DNA of 64,000 nucleotides from an uncultured Acidimicrobiia bacterium (GCA_963836205.1 CAWIIV010000014.1:160001-224000), one strand, 5' to 3'. Shown: positions 9,779-18,883, counted from the stretch's first letter. The notes: a model not told the origin generated them from the letters alone. Made by a program: numbers and translations.

Positions 9779-11004
9779 TCGAGGCCGCCTGTCATTCGAG
9801 GCCCGTCGAGGAGGTGGCCGAGGCGCTGCTGCTTGGTGCGGAGGTAGCGCAGGTTCTGGGTGGTGGGCACCGACTGGAGCGGCACCCGCTCCACGATGTC
9901 GAGCCCGAAGCCCTCCAGGCCGCCGTACTTGGCCGGGTTGTTGGTGAGCAGGCGCATGGTGGTGATGCCCAGGTCGACCAGGATCTGGGCGCCGATGCCG
10001 TACTCCCGGCTGTCGACGGGCAAGCCCAGCTGGAGGTTGGCGTCGACCGTGTCCGACCCCTGATCCTGGAGGGCGTAGGCCCGCAGCTTGTGAGCCAGGC
10101 CGATGCCCCGGCCCTCGTGGCCCCGCAGGTAGAGGACGACGCCGATGCCGGCCTCCGCCACCCGTTCCAGCGCCCCTTGCAGCTGGAGGCCGCAATCGCA
10201 GCGCAGCGACCCGAACACGTCGCCGGTGAGGCATTCGGAGTGGACCCGGACGAGCACGTTCTGCTCGCCCTGCACCGCGCCCCGGACCAGGGCCACGTGC
10301 TGGTCCCCGTCGAGGAGCGACTCGTAGACGTAGCAGGTGAAGTCGCCCCACTCGGTGGGGATCTGGGCCTCGGCCACCCGCTTCACCAGCTTCTCCGACT
10401 GGCGCCGGTGGCGGATGAGGTCGGCGATGGTGATGAGGAGCAGGCCGTGGGTGGCGGCGAAGGCCTCCAGCTCGGGGAGGCGGGCCATCGACGTCTTGTC
10501 CTCGGTGACCACCTCGCACAGCACCCCGGCCGGGACGAGGCCGGCCATGCGGGCCAGGTCGACCGCGGCCTCGGTGTGCCCGCCCCGCTTGAGCACGCCA
10601 CCCTCCCGGTAGCGCAGGGGGAAGACGTGGCCGGGGCGGGCCAGGTCGATCGGTGTGGTGGCGGGGTCGATGAGGGTGGCGATGGTGGCGGCCCGGTCGG
10701 CGGCCGAGATGCCGGTGGTGGTGACGTAGCGGGCGTCGACCGACACGGTGAAGGCGGTGCGGTTGGACTCGGTGTTGGCCGCCACCATCGGCGGCAGCTC
10801 GAGCTCGTCGAGGCGCTCGCCCAGCATCGGCAGGCAGATGACGCCCGACGTGTGGTTGAGGAAGAAGGCGATCTTCTCGGGCGTGGCGTACTCGGCGGCG
10901 ACGATGAGGTCGCCCTCGTTCTCCCGGTCGGCGTCGTCGACCACGACCACGATCTCGCCGCGGCCGAAGGCCTCCACGGCCTTGTCGATGGGGGCAAAGG
11001 GCAA
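9775..11004 (-). CDS. ribBA: Bifunctional DHBP synthase / GTP cyclohydrolase II
   Basis: [39 protein letters not shown] and HEGRGIGL motifs. Confidence 0.97.
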   Translation of the reverse strand: MPFAPIDKAVEAFGRGEIVVVVDDADRENEGDLIVAAEYATPEKIAFFLNHTSGVICLPMLGERLDELELPPMVAANTESNRTAFTVSVDARYVTTTGISAADRAATIATLIDPATTPIDLARPGHVFPLRYREGGVLKRGGHTEAAVDLARMAGLVPAGVLCEVVTEDKTSMARLPELEAFAATHGLLLITIADLIRHRRQSEKLVKRVAEAQIPTEWGDFTCYVYESLLDGDQHVALVRGAVQGEQNVLVRVHSECLTGDVFGSLRCDCGLQLQGALERVAEAGIGVVLYLRGHEGRGIGLAHKLRAYALQDQGSDTVDANLQLGLPVDSREYGIGAQILVDLGITTMRLLTNNPAKYGGLEGFGLDIVERVPLQSVPTTQNLRYLRTKQQRLGHLLDGPRMTGGLE

Positions 11005-11008
11005 CTGG

Positions 11009-11567
11009 TTACCGTCCCGGGAGGAGGCGCTCGACGTACTTGGCGATGAGGTCGAACTCGAGGTTCACCCGGTCGCCCGGCCGGCGGCCGCCCAGCGTGG
11101 TGACCTCGGCCGTGTGGGGGATGACGGCCACGGTGAACCCTTCGTCGGTCAAGTCAACCACCGTCAGGCTGACTCCGTCGACCGAGATCGACCCCTTCTC
11201 CACCAGGTAGCGGGTGTGGGGGCTGGCCACGCCCAGGTGGGGGGCGGCGCTGGTGATCCGGCCCACCGCGTCGACGTGGCCCTGGACCAGGTGTCCGCCG
11301 AGGCGGCCGTCGAGGCGGAGGGGTCGTTCGAGGTTGACCGGGTCGCCCGGCCGGAGGTCGCCGAGAGTGGTGCGGGAGAGGGTCTCGTCGACCACGTCGG
11401 CCGACCAGGTGGTGGGGGTGAGGTCGACCACGGTGAGGCAACAGCCGTTGACGGCGATGGAGTCGCCCAGGTGGGTACCGTCGAGGACGACGGCCGCCTC
11501 GAAGCGTGAAGCGGTGGTCGTGGCGCTGGCGGAGGCGGCCCCGTTCCTCGATCAGGCCGGTGAACAC
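11009..11567 (-). CDS. ribE: Riboflavin synthase (apparent frameshift near 11503)
   Basis: VFTGLIEE start in one frame; [13 protein letters not shown]...[10 protein letters not shown]...VNLE in another. Confidence 0.92.
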
Positions 11568-12592
11568 GTTGGCTCCAGCTCGATGCGCAGATCGTCGCCC
11601 AGGCGGGTGACGGACACGATGCGGCCCCGCCACACGTCGTCGATGGTGGCCGCGCCGGGGCCGGCGAGGAGGGGACGGCCGTCGTCGCCGCCGGCCAGGG
11701 CGGGGGCGAGGTAGATCACGTAGCGGTCGACCAGCCCCGCCCGGTGGAACTCGCCGGCCACGGTGGGCCCGCCCTCGACCAGGACCTGGAGGGCGCCGAG
11801 GCCGCCGAGGTGGTCGAGGATCGGGCCGAGTTCGCCTTCGAGCTCGAGCGCGGGATGGACCTTGGCGCCCTCGGGGGCGTGGCCGAGGACGACCCGGAGG
11901 GGGTCCGTGCCGGCGACGTGGCGGACGGTGAGGGACGGGTCGTCGGCCCGGACGGTGCCGGCGCCGACGATGACGGCGTCGCTCTCGGCCCGGAGGCGGT
12001 GGGCGTCGGCCCGGGCCGCCTCGCCGGTGATCCACCGGCTGGAGCCGTCGGCGGCGGCGGTGCGCCCGTCGAGGGTGGCGGCCAGCTTGAGGACCACGTA
12101 GGGCCGGCCGGTGGTGCGGTGCCTGAGGTAGGGGGCGAGCTGGGCCCGCACCTCGTCGGCCCGGAGGCCGACGTCGACCTGGATGCCGGCTGACCGGAGC
12201 CGGGCGATACCGGCCCCCCGCACGCTGGGGTCGGGGTCCTCGATGGCGACGACCACCCGGGCGATGTCGGCGGCGATGATGGCGTCGGCGCACGGCGGGG
12301 TGCGGCCGAAGTGGGAGCACGGCTCGAGGGTCGTGTAGAGGGTGGCCCGTTCGGCGTGGGTGCCGGCCGCGTCGAGGGCGACGACCTCGGCGTGGTACCC
12401 GCCCGGGGGCTGGGTGGCCCCCTCGTAGCCGCCCGGCTCGATCACGCACCCCACCCACGGGTTGGGCGACGTGGACGTCCGCACTCCTGCCGCCAGGGCG
12501 ATGGCCCGGTCCATGGCCGCCTCGTCGCCGTCACGGGCCGGGTCATGTCGGTCGAGTGTGCGGAAATGTACGAAATGTGTACGTTCTCGCAC
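11552..12592 (-). CDS. ribD: Riboflavin deaminase/reductase (start uncertain, possibly ATG near 12514)
   Basis: SPNPWVGCVI, HAEVVAL, TLEPCSHFGRTPPC, KLAATLDG and VEGGPT motifs. Confidence 0.93.
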   Translation of the reverse strand: MRERTHFVHFRTLDRHDPARDGDEAAMDRAIALAAGVRTSTSPNPWVGCVIEPGGYEGATQPPGGYHAEVVALDAAGTHAERATLYTTLEPCSHFGRTPPCADAIIAADIARVVVAIEDPDPSVRGAGIARLRSAGIQVDVGLRADEVRAQLAPYLRHRTTGRPYVVLKLAATLDGRTAAADGSSRWITGEAARADAHRLRAESDAVIVGAGTVRADDPSLTVRHVAGTDPLRVVLGHAPEGAKVHPALELEGELGPILDHLGGLGALQVLVEGGPTVAGEFHRAGLVDRYVIYLAPALAGGDDGRPLLAGPGAATIDDVWRGRIVSVTRLGDDLRIELEPTCSPA

Positions 12593-12600
12593 ACTCGACC
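12550..12600. repeat. 51-bp palindromic hairpin
   Basis: Perfect 13-bp arms GGTCGAGTGTGCG / CGCACACTCGACC with further imperfect inner pairing. Confidence 0.85.
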
Positions 12601-12613
12601 TGGTGGGGGGCGG

Positions 12614-13090
12614 TCACGGGTGCTCCGTGGGGCGGCCGGCGAGGAGCTCGAGGGCGTGGGGCAGGACGTCGAGGACGGCCTCGAGGGTCTCCACCGACCC
12701 GGCCGTCGACCCCGGGGTGTTGAGGACGATGGCGGTGCCGACGGTGCCCGCCGCGGCCCGGGACAGGCGGCCCTTGTCGGGGTTGGTCGCCCGCATGGCC
12801 TCGGCCAGGCCGGGGGCGTGGCGGTCGAGGACGGCGACGGTGCCCTCGGGCGTGAGGTCGCGGGGTCCGAAGCCGGTGCCGCCGGTAGTAACCACCAGCC
12901 CCGCGAACCCGGCGGTGAGGCGGCGGAGGGCGTCGGCCACCGAATCGGTGCCGTCGGCCACGACCTCGTGGCTGACCACGTCGTAGCCGGCGGCCGTCAG
13001 CCGCTCGACCAGGGCCGCGCCCGACTTGTCCTGCCGGGTGCCGCCGACCACGCCGTCGGAGACGGTCAGCACCTTGGCCTGGAGGGTCAT
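12614..13090 (-). CDS. MogA/MoaB family molybdenum cofactor biosynthesis protein (present ATG lies at the intron 3' end; original GTG at 15029-15027)
   Basis: VLTVSD, DKSG, VVTTGGTGFGPRDLTPE and LNTPGS motifs. Confidence 0.92.
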   Translation of the reverse strand: MTLQAKVLTVSDGVVGGTRQDKSGAALVERLTAAGYDVVSHEVVADGTDSVADALRRLTAGFAGLVVTTGGTGFGPRDLTPEGTVAVLDRHAPGLAEAMRATNPDKGRLSRAAAGTVGTAIVLNTPGSTAGSVETLEAVLDVLPHALELLAGRPTEHP

Positions 13091-13096
13091 TGGTTG

Positions 13097-13198
13097 TCAG
13101 GGGCGCGCCGCTCGCTGACGAGCACGTTTCCCCCTCCCCCTTTCGATTCCGTGCGTGCGGTTTTCCCGCACACGGCTCACCGATGGTCTTCTGGACAT
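13097..13198 (-). CDS. 33-aa mini-ORF spanning intron domains V-VI (MSRRPSVSRVRENRTHGIERGRGKRARQRAARP)
   Basis: ATG 2 nt after the RT stop; TGA 6 nt before the mogA ATG; translation not demonstrated. Confidence 0.35.
   Translation of the reverse strand: MSRRPSVSRVRENRTHGIERGRGKRARQRAARP
13145..13178 (-). ncRNA. Group II intron catalytic domain V
   Basis: AGC triad, TGCGG-GAAAA-CCGCA upper stem-loop, CG bulge. Confidence 0.9.
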
Positions 13199-13200
13199 GG

Positions 13201-14541
13201 TTACGCAGCCTTCGGGTAACGGATGGTGCCCATGAGCTGGTGCAGGCCCTGGTCGTGGAACCAGGCGTGCGTCCAACGCTCGGCCTGGCCGGCTCGCAGG
13301 TTGCGGCCCCGCTTCTTGATCAAGAGGCGCTTGAGCCGCCACACGACGTGCCGGTCGAGGGAGACGAACTTGTCGGCCGCGTTCCCGGTGCGGAAGTAGT
13401 TGCCCCATCCCCGAAGGAACAGGTTGAGGTCGTCGATCACGTCCTCCAACTCCAAACCGAGCCGGCTCCGACCGGTGAGGGCCTTGATTCGCAGTCGTGC
13501 CCGCTTCATGGACCGCTGTGACGGCCACCGGTGCAGGTAGTAGCGGACGATGCGCCGCTGCTCCCACAGGCGACCCGACATGCGGGCGTGAAGGTGACAG
13601 CCCAGGAAGTCGAAGCCCTCCTTGCCCTCCCGAAGATCGACCACGCGGGTCTTGTCCGGGTGCAGGCTCAGACCGAGGTCGCCCAACATGGCGGCTGCCC
13701 GCAATTGAGCTTCATCGGCTTGTTCCCGGGTCGTGCACAACACCACGAAGTCGTCCGCGTAGCGGACGAGCTCGCCGGTGCCGGACTCGGCCCAGGACCG
13801 GTCGAAGGCGTGCAGGTAGACGTTGGCCAGCAGCGGGGAGATGACCCCGCCCTGGGGCGTGCCCGTGACCGTCTCGGAGCGCACCCCCTCGACCAGCACC
13901 CCTGCACGCAGCCACTGGCGGATGAGCTTGAGCACCCGCCGGTCCGAGACGCGCCGTTCGACCTCGACCAGGAGGCGGTCGTGGTCGATCTGGCCGAAGA
14001 AGTCGCGGATGTCGGCCTCGAAGACGAACTGCCGTCCTCGGGGGAACGCCACCCGGATGGCTTCCAGGGCGTCGGTGGCCGAGCGCTTCGGTCGGAAACC
14101 GAAGCTGGTCGGCAGGAAGTCGGCCTCGAAGATGGGCTCGAGGACGATCTTGGCTGCCGCCTGGCACACCCGGTCGCGCACGGTGGGGATGCCCAGGGGC
14201 CGCATCCGGCCGTCGGGCTTGGGGATCTCCACCCGGCGCACAGGTGCCGGGCGGTAGTTGCCTGCACGGAGGTCACGGGAAAGCTCGTCGAGCATGCGCC
14301 CGACCCCGTAGTCCTCCACCGCCTCCAGGGTCAGACGATCGACCCCGGCGGCGCCACGATTGGCTCGGACCCGCCTCCACGCCTCCCACAGGACGTCACT
14401 CCGGTGGATGCGGTCGTACAGGGCGTGGAAGCGGCGACCCGGAGACTGCTTGGCCGCAGCCCATAGCCGGTTCTGGAGTTTTCGCACGTTGTCGACGGGC
14501 GTCTGCCCGGCGGGGGATTTGGACCGGGCGGTCCCGGCCAT
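13201..14541 (-). CDS. ltrA: Group II intron reverse transcriptase/maturase, no C-terminal endonuclease domain
   Basis: GAAGVD, IPKPDGRMRPLGIPTVRDR, GTPQGGVISPLLAN, YADD, FDFLG and LRGWGNYF; ends soon after domain X; start chosen at ATG 14541. Confidence 0.95.
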   Translation of the reverse strand: MAGTARSKSPAGQTPVDNVRKLQNRLWAAAKQSPGRRFHALYDRIHRSDVLWEAWRRVRANRGAAGVDRLTLEAVEDYGVGRMLDELSRDLRAGNYRPAPVRRVEIPKPDGRMRPLGIPTVRDRVCQAAAKIVLEPIFEADFLPTSFGFRPKRSATDALEAIRVAFPRGRQFVFEADIRDFFGQIDHDRLLVEVERRVSDRRVLKLIRQWLRAGVLVEGVRSETVTGTPQGGVISPLLANVYLHAFDRSWAESGTGELVRYADDFVVLCTTREQADEAQLRAAAMLGDLGLSLHPDKTRVVDLREGKEGFDFLGCHLHARMSGRLWEQRRIVRYYLHRWPSQRSMKRARLRIKALTGRSRLGLELEDVIDDLNLFLRGWGNYFRTGNAADKFVSLDRHVVWRLKRLLIKKRGRNLRAGQAERWTHAWFHDQGLHQLMGTIRYPKAA

Positions 14542-15036
14542 GCCCTTGTGCTTACCCCCATCGTCGGCGTGACCAAAGTCGGGGCCCTTCCCGCCGGCTG
14601 GCGGTACTACGACCCCGTCGGACTCCCGCTGCGCTCCGCTCGATTTCACCACTGGCTTATACGAGCGGTCTTTGCTGACGAGGCTGCGCAGACGGGTCTC
14701 TCCCCTTCCGAACCTGACCTTGCGTACGTGCCGCTCCCCATACCCCGGGGGGACCCGACCAGGGGCATTCCGGAACGCCAGTCGGTCGGACGTGGGCCTT
14801 GGCCGTGACATGAGCGGCTCGGCTCCCCCGTTGTACATCTGACGAGGCTGCAGGACTCACGCCTGGTGGCGCTACGGCCCGCACGCTTGCTCCCTCCGAA
14901 GAGGCTCTTGACGCCCCGCTCAGCCCGCCGCCTCTCGGCGACGAACCGGGGCCTGCTACCGGGCTCTCCGGCGATTACCCGGGCGGGACTCACACCCGCT
15001 GGTCTGGTCCAGCTTCGAGGACGCACCACGGCCCCG

Positions 15037-15042
15037 ATGGTA
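15037..15042 (-). promoter_or_regulatory. Putative -10 element (TACCAT) of a leaderless mogA/intron transcript
   Basis: TANNNT hexamer 7 nt before the GTG at 15029, the same geometry as at mihF, aroC, priA and the ArsR gene. Confidence 0.55.
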
Positions 15043-15072
15043 GGTGCCCGATCGTTTGCGACGGCTCGGCGG

Positions 15073-15949
15073 TCACGTCCCCAGGCGTTCGCCCGGCTGG
15101 AGGCGGGCCCCGTTGCGCCAGGCGGCGGCCGGCTGCGCGCCCTTTCCCTCCGGTCGCACCTCCACCAGGGTGAGCGCCCCTCCCCCGCCGGTGCCCACGT
15201 CGAGGGTGGACGGGTCGAGCTCGCCCGCGGCCAGCCCCCGGCCCTCGACCGCGGCCAACGACGCCCGGGGCACGAGGAGTCGCCTGCCCCGGAACGTCGT
15301 CCACGCCTGGCCCAACCGCACCACCCGGTGAAGGTGCTCGGCCGACCGTGTCCAGTCGAGGTGGTGCTCCTCGGGTTCGATCTTGGCCGCGTAGGTGGTC
15401 TCCCCGACCTGGGGCGTCGGATTCCGGCAGGCCCTCGGCCAGCAGGCGCACGAGCAGTTCCGTCCCCTCGGCCGACAGCGCCGTCCGCAGCTCGTCGAGG
15501 GTGGCGTCGGGGCCGATCGGGTGCTCGACCGACGCGTAGACGGGGCCGGTGTCGAGTCCCTCCTCCAGGGCCATGACGCACACTCCCGTGACGTCGTCGC
15601 CGGCGAGGATGGCTCGCTCCACCGGCGCCGCCCCCCGCCAGCGGGGCAGGAGGGAGAAGTGGAGGTTCACCATGGGCAGGGCGTCGAGGACGTGGGGCTT
15701 GATCAGCCGGCCGTAGGCGACGACCACGCCCAGCTCGGCACCGACGCCGAGCACGTCGTCGACCTTGTCGGTGACGGGCAGGCCGAGCTCGCTGGCGGCC
15801 GCCTTCACCGGGCTGGGCAGCAGGGCACCACCCCGTCCCCGGCGCCGGTCGGGACGGCTCACCACCAGGGCGACGTCGTGGCCCGCGTCGACCAGCGCCC
15901 GTAGCGGGCCCACGGCGACCTCGGGCGTCCCCAGGAACGCCAGCCGCAC
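15073..15949 (-). CDS. fmt: Methionyl-tRNA formyltransferase (apparent frameshift near 15421)
   Basis: VRLAFLGTPE, VVAYG, NLHFSLLPRWRGAAP and LDTGP; C-terminus PQVGETTYAAKI...VRPEGK is in another frame. Confidence 0.93.
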
Positions 15950-16455
15950 TAGACGCCGGCGATGCCGAGGGTGCGCTGGCGCAGGGCGCGCATGGCCTGC
16001 TTGCGCTGGACCGGGTCGAGCCGCTCCAGCAGCAGGATGCCGTCGAGGTGGTCGACCTCGTGCTGGAACATGCGGCCCAGGAGCTCGTCGCCCTCGATGG
16101 TGAGCGGCTTGCCGTCGACGTCGAACCCGGTGAGCAGCACCTGGCTGGGGCGCAGGATCGGCCAGTGGAGGTCGGGCACCGACAGGCAGCCCTCGACGTA
16201 CTCCCACTCCCCGTGGTGGTTGGTGAGGGTGGGGTTGACCACGATCCCCCAACCCGCCCCGTCCTGGATGTCGTAGACGAACATCCGCTTCTGGATGCCG
16301 ATCTGCGGTGCGGCCAGGCCCACGCCGGGCGCCTCGTACATGGTCTCCAGCATGTCGTCGGCCAGTCGCCGGAGGTCGGCGTCGAACTCGGTGACCTCCA
16401 AGGCGGGCTGCCGGAGGACGGGGTCGCCAAACGTGCGGATGGGAAAGAGAGCCAT
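15949..16455 (-). CDS. def: Peptide deformylase
   Basis: GVGLAAPQIG, EGCLS and QHEVDHLDG motifs. Confidence 0.97.
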   Translation of the reverse strand: MALFPIRTFGDPVLRQPALEVTEFDADLRRLADDMLETMYEAPGVGLAAPQIGIQKRMFVYDIQDGAGWGIVVNPTLTNHHGEWEYVEGCLSVPDLHWPILRPSQVLLTGFDVDGKPLTIEGDELLGRMFQHEVDHLDGILLLERLDPVQRKQAMRALRQRTLGIAGV

Positions 16456-16607
16456 CGCCGTCGAGGCTACCCGCCGGTCCATCGCGCCCGGAGCCACCTG
16501 GTGGCCCGCTGATCGGGGCCCGGGACGCCCCGCAGTGTCACCAACCGCGGGCGCTGACATGATCGCCGGAACGTCGTGCTCCGGGCGATCTCGGACGTGA
16601 AGCTGGG

Positions 16608-16958
16608 CTAGGGCGACGAGCTGCCGGCGTCGAGGAGGTCGACCACGCCGGCCAGCTCCAAGACCCGGCGGACATGGGGCTTGGGTGAGCGGACCCGGAC
16701 CATGCCCCCGCGGCCGTGGATCGTGTTGCGGAAGGAGAGGAGGGCGCCGACGCCGGCGGCGTCGATGAAGTCCAATCGGCTGAGATCGACGGTGACGAGC
16801 GTCGGCCGCTCGGGGTCGTCGAGATCCTCCACCGAGGCCCGGAACTGGGCGGTGGTGGCCACGTCGAGCTCACCCTTGACCGCGAGGAGCACCGCCTCGC
16901 CTACCCGCAGCACCTCCGCCCGGAAGGCGTCGGGTGCGGGCCGGTTGCCCACGACCAC
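16608..16958 (-). CDS. STAS domain protein (anti-sigma factor antagonist-like)
   Basis: VKGELDVATT, VDLSRLDFIDAAGVGAL and VRRVLELAGV. Confidence 0.85.
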   Translation of the reverse strand: MVVGNRPAPDAFRAEVLRVGEAVLLAVKGELDVATTAQFRASVEDLDDPERPTLVTVDLSRLDFIDAAGVGALLSFRNTIHGRGGMVRVRSPKPHVRRVLELAGVVDLLDAGSSSP

Positions 16959-17015
16959 GAGCCACCCCCTGCTCGCGTTTCCGGCAGGCCCCTGTTCTTG
17001 AGGACCGCCCGAAGT

Positions 17016-17049
17016 CTGACGTTCACGGTACCGGAACCCTGCCCGTCAG
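17016..17049. repeat. Imperfect hairpin downstream of priA
   Basis: CTGACGTTCACGGT pairs with ACCCTGCCCGTCAG (11 of 14 positions). Confidence 0.45.
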
Positions 17050-17057
17050 GGAAGGGC

Positions 17058-18821
17058 TCAAACCCGGTGGGGATCGACCTCCAGCCGCAGGCGGCCGGAG
17101 GGGCGGGGGGTGGCGGCCAGGGTGTCGGCGAGCACGACGTGGTCCGGGGCGCGGACCAGCCACCGCCCGTCGGCCGGACCGAGGACCTCGACTTCCGCGC
17201 CGAGGCCCTGGACGAAGGCGGGGGCGGCTTCGCCCGACACGACGGCCAGGGCCGTCTCCGGGGGCAAGCGCAGGGCCACCCGCCGGGCCGACTCCACCAG
17301 CGCGAAGCGGGACGGGTCGGCGTGGACGGCGGCGTCGAGGACCTCGTGGCCCGGGAGCCGGGTCTGGACCAGAATGCGCCCGCCGGAGCCGGGGTCGGAG
17401 CCGGGGCCGCGGCTGCGACCGCCGACCAGGCGGGCGGCCCGGACGATCAGGGCCAACGCCTGCTCGCCGGCGGTGTGGCGGGGGGCGAGCAGCTCCTGGT
17501 CGAAGTCGAGGAAGGCGACCGCGTGGGCGCCGGCCACCCGGTGGAGCACGGCCTCGGTGCCCACGAGCACGTTCGCGTCCGGCACCCGGCCGCCGTCGCC
17601 CGCCACGACCTCCGCCACCGGCCGCCCGGCCAGCAGCTCGAGCTCCTCGCGGGCCCGGGCCACCCCCACCCGGAGGGCCTTCATCCGGGTCGCCCCGCAG
17701 TTGGTGCACACCACCGGCCGGGTGGCCCCGCAGCGACGGCACTGGAGGACGCCGTCGCCCGCGTCAGCCATGGGGCCGGTGCACACCTCGCACCGGGCCA
17801 GCTCCCCGCACGCCCCGCACGCCAGCAGGAGGGCCCGGCCCTTGCGGTTGAGGACGCAGACCACCCGGCGGTCGGGGCCGGCCTGGCGGAGCAGGTCGAC
17901 CACGCGGGACGAGTAGAGGCCCGACCCCGGCGGCTCGTCCCGCCGGTCGACGACGTCGACGATGGGCCACCCCGCCCGCTCGTCGGCGCGGGACGGGGCC
18001 AGCAGCTCCGCTCCGGGCAGGGCCAGCGCCTCCAGCGACGGGTGGGGCGAGGTGAGGACGCACGGCACGCCCGCCCGCCGGGCCCGTTCGACGGCGACGT
18101 CGCGGGCGTTCCAGGTGGGCGCCCGCTCCTCCTGGTAGACCTCGTCGCCCTCGTCGAGCACGATCACCGCCCCCAGGTGGGGCCGGGGAGCCCACGCTCC
18201 CGCCCGCGCCCCCACCGCCACGCACCCACCGGCCGCAGCCATGGCCCAGTCGCGGGGGACCTCCGCCACCCGCACGCCCTGCCGGCGCAGCCGGGCGACC
18301 AGGAGCCCGGCGGCCGACAGCGACGGGGCCAGGACAAGGGCATCGGGCCGGGCCGCCGCCTCCAGGGCGAAGGGCAGGAGATCGTCGGCGGGCGGCGTCC
18401 GGACGACGGCCACGCCCGGTCGGGCGGCGAAGGCCTCGGCCACCAGCGACCCGGCCGGCGCCGCGGATGGTGCCGTCGAGGCCGGCGGCCGTGGGACCGT
18501 CGGCAGTCCCCGCACCGCGTGCGGCGGCGACGCCGACTTCAGCAGCGCCGAGCGCCGGCCGGCCCACCGCCAGGCGGCCCAGTCGGCCAGGTCGACCAGG
18601 TCGGCCGGGGGCCCCCAGCCCGTCACCTTGGCCAGCGGCTGCAACGGACGGTCGGTGGCAGCCTCGTCCGACAGTGCCACCACCCAGCCGCCGATGCGAC
18701 GCCCGGCCAGTGGCACCCGCACCATCGTCCCCACCCGGACGTCGGCCGCCATCGCCGGCGGGACCAGGTAGTCGAAGACCTTGGCGATGCCCGCCACGTC
18801 GGGCACCACCCGGGCGATCAC
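17058..18821 (-). CDS. priA: Primosomal protein N' (actinobacterial type, degenerate helicase motifs)
   Basis: KVFDYLVP, GTMVRVPLAGR, YQEERAPTWNARDVA, four CxxC pairs, ILVQTR and LEVDP. Confidence 0.9.
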   Translation of the reverse strand: MIARVVPDVAGIAKVFDYLVPPAMAADVRVGTMVRVPLAGRRIGGWVVALSDEAATDRPLQPLAKVTGWGPPADLVDLADWAAWRWAGRRSALLKSASPPHAVRGLPTVPRPPASTAPSAAPAGSLVAEAFAARPGVAVVRTPPADDLLPFALEAAARPDALVLAPSLSAAGLLVARLRRQGVRVAEVPRDWAMAAAGGCVAVGARAGAWAPRPHLGAVIVLDEGDEVYQEERAPTWNARDVAVERARRAGVPCVLTSPHPSLEALALPGAELLAPSRADERAGWPIVDVVDRRDEPPGSGLYSSRVVDLLRQAGPDRRVVCVLNRKGRALLLACGACGELARCEVCTGPMADAGDGVLQCRRCGATRPVVCTNCGATRMKALRVGVARAREELELLAGRPVAEVVAGDGGRVPDANVLVGTEAVLHRVAGAHAVAFLDFDQELLAPRHTAGEQALALIVRAARLVGGRSRGPGSDPGSGGRILVQTRLPGHEVLDAAVHADPSRFALVESARRVALRLPPETALAVVSGEAAPAFVQGLGAEVEVLGPADGRWLVRAPDHVVLADTLAATPRPSGRLRLEVDPHRV

Positions 18822-18883
18822 CCGGCGAAGGGTAACCCCGAGTCGATAGCCTGGCCGGGCCGGATCTCCAGGGAAGGCAGGGC

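Larger units (their letters stand above)
13088..15026 (-). mobile_element. Group II intron, full length, RT-encoding
   Basis: 5' GTGCGTCCTCGAAG at 15026; domain V GAGCCGTGTGCGGGAAAACCGCACGCACGG (13178-13149); domain VI-like GGGG...CCCCTGACAACCAAT(G); internal RT ORF. The 3' boundary is 13088 or 13089. Confidence 0.93.

Noticed and set aside
13201-14838. Retron, DGR or defence-associated RT; also the 545-aa ORF start at 14838
   Set aside because: Domain X, the GUGCG start and domain V/VI identify a group II intron. The region 14838-14542 is ribozyme sequence, so ATG 14541 is the more plausible start.
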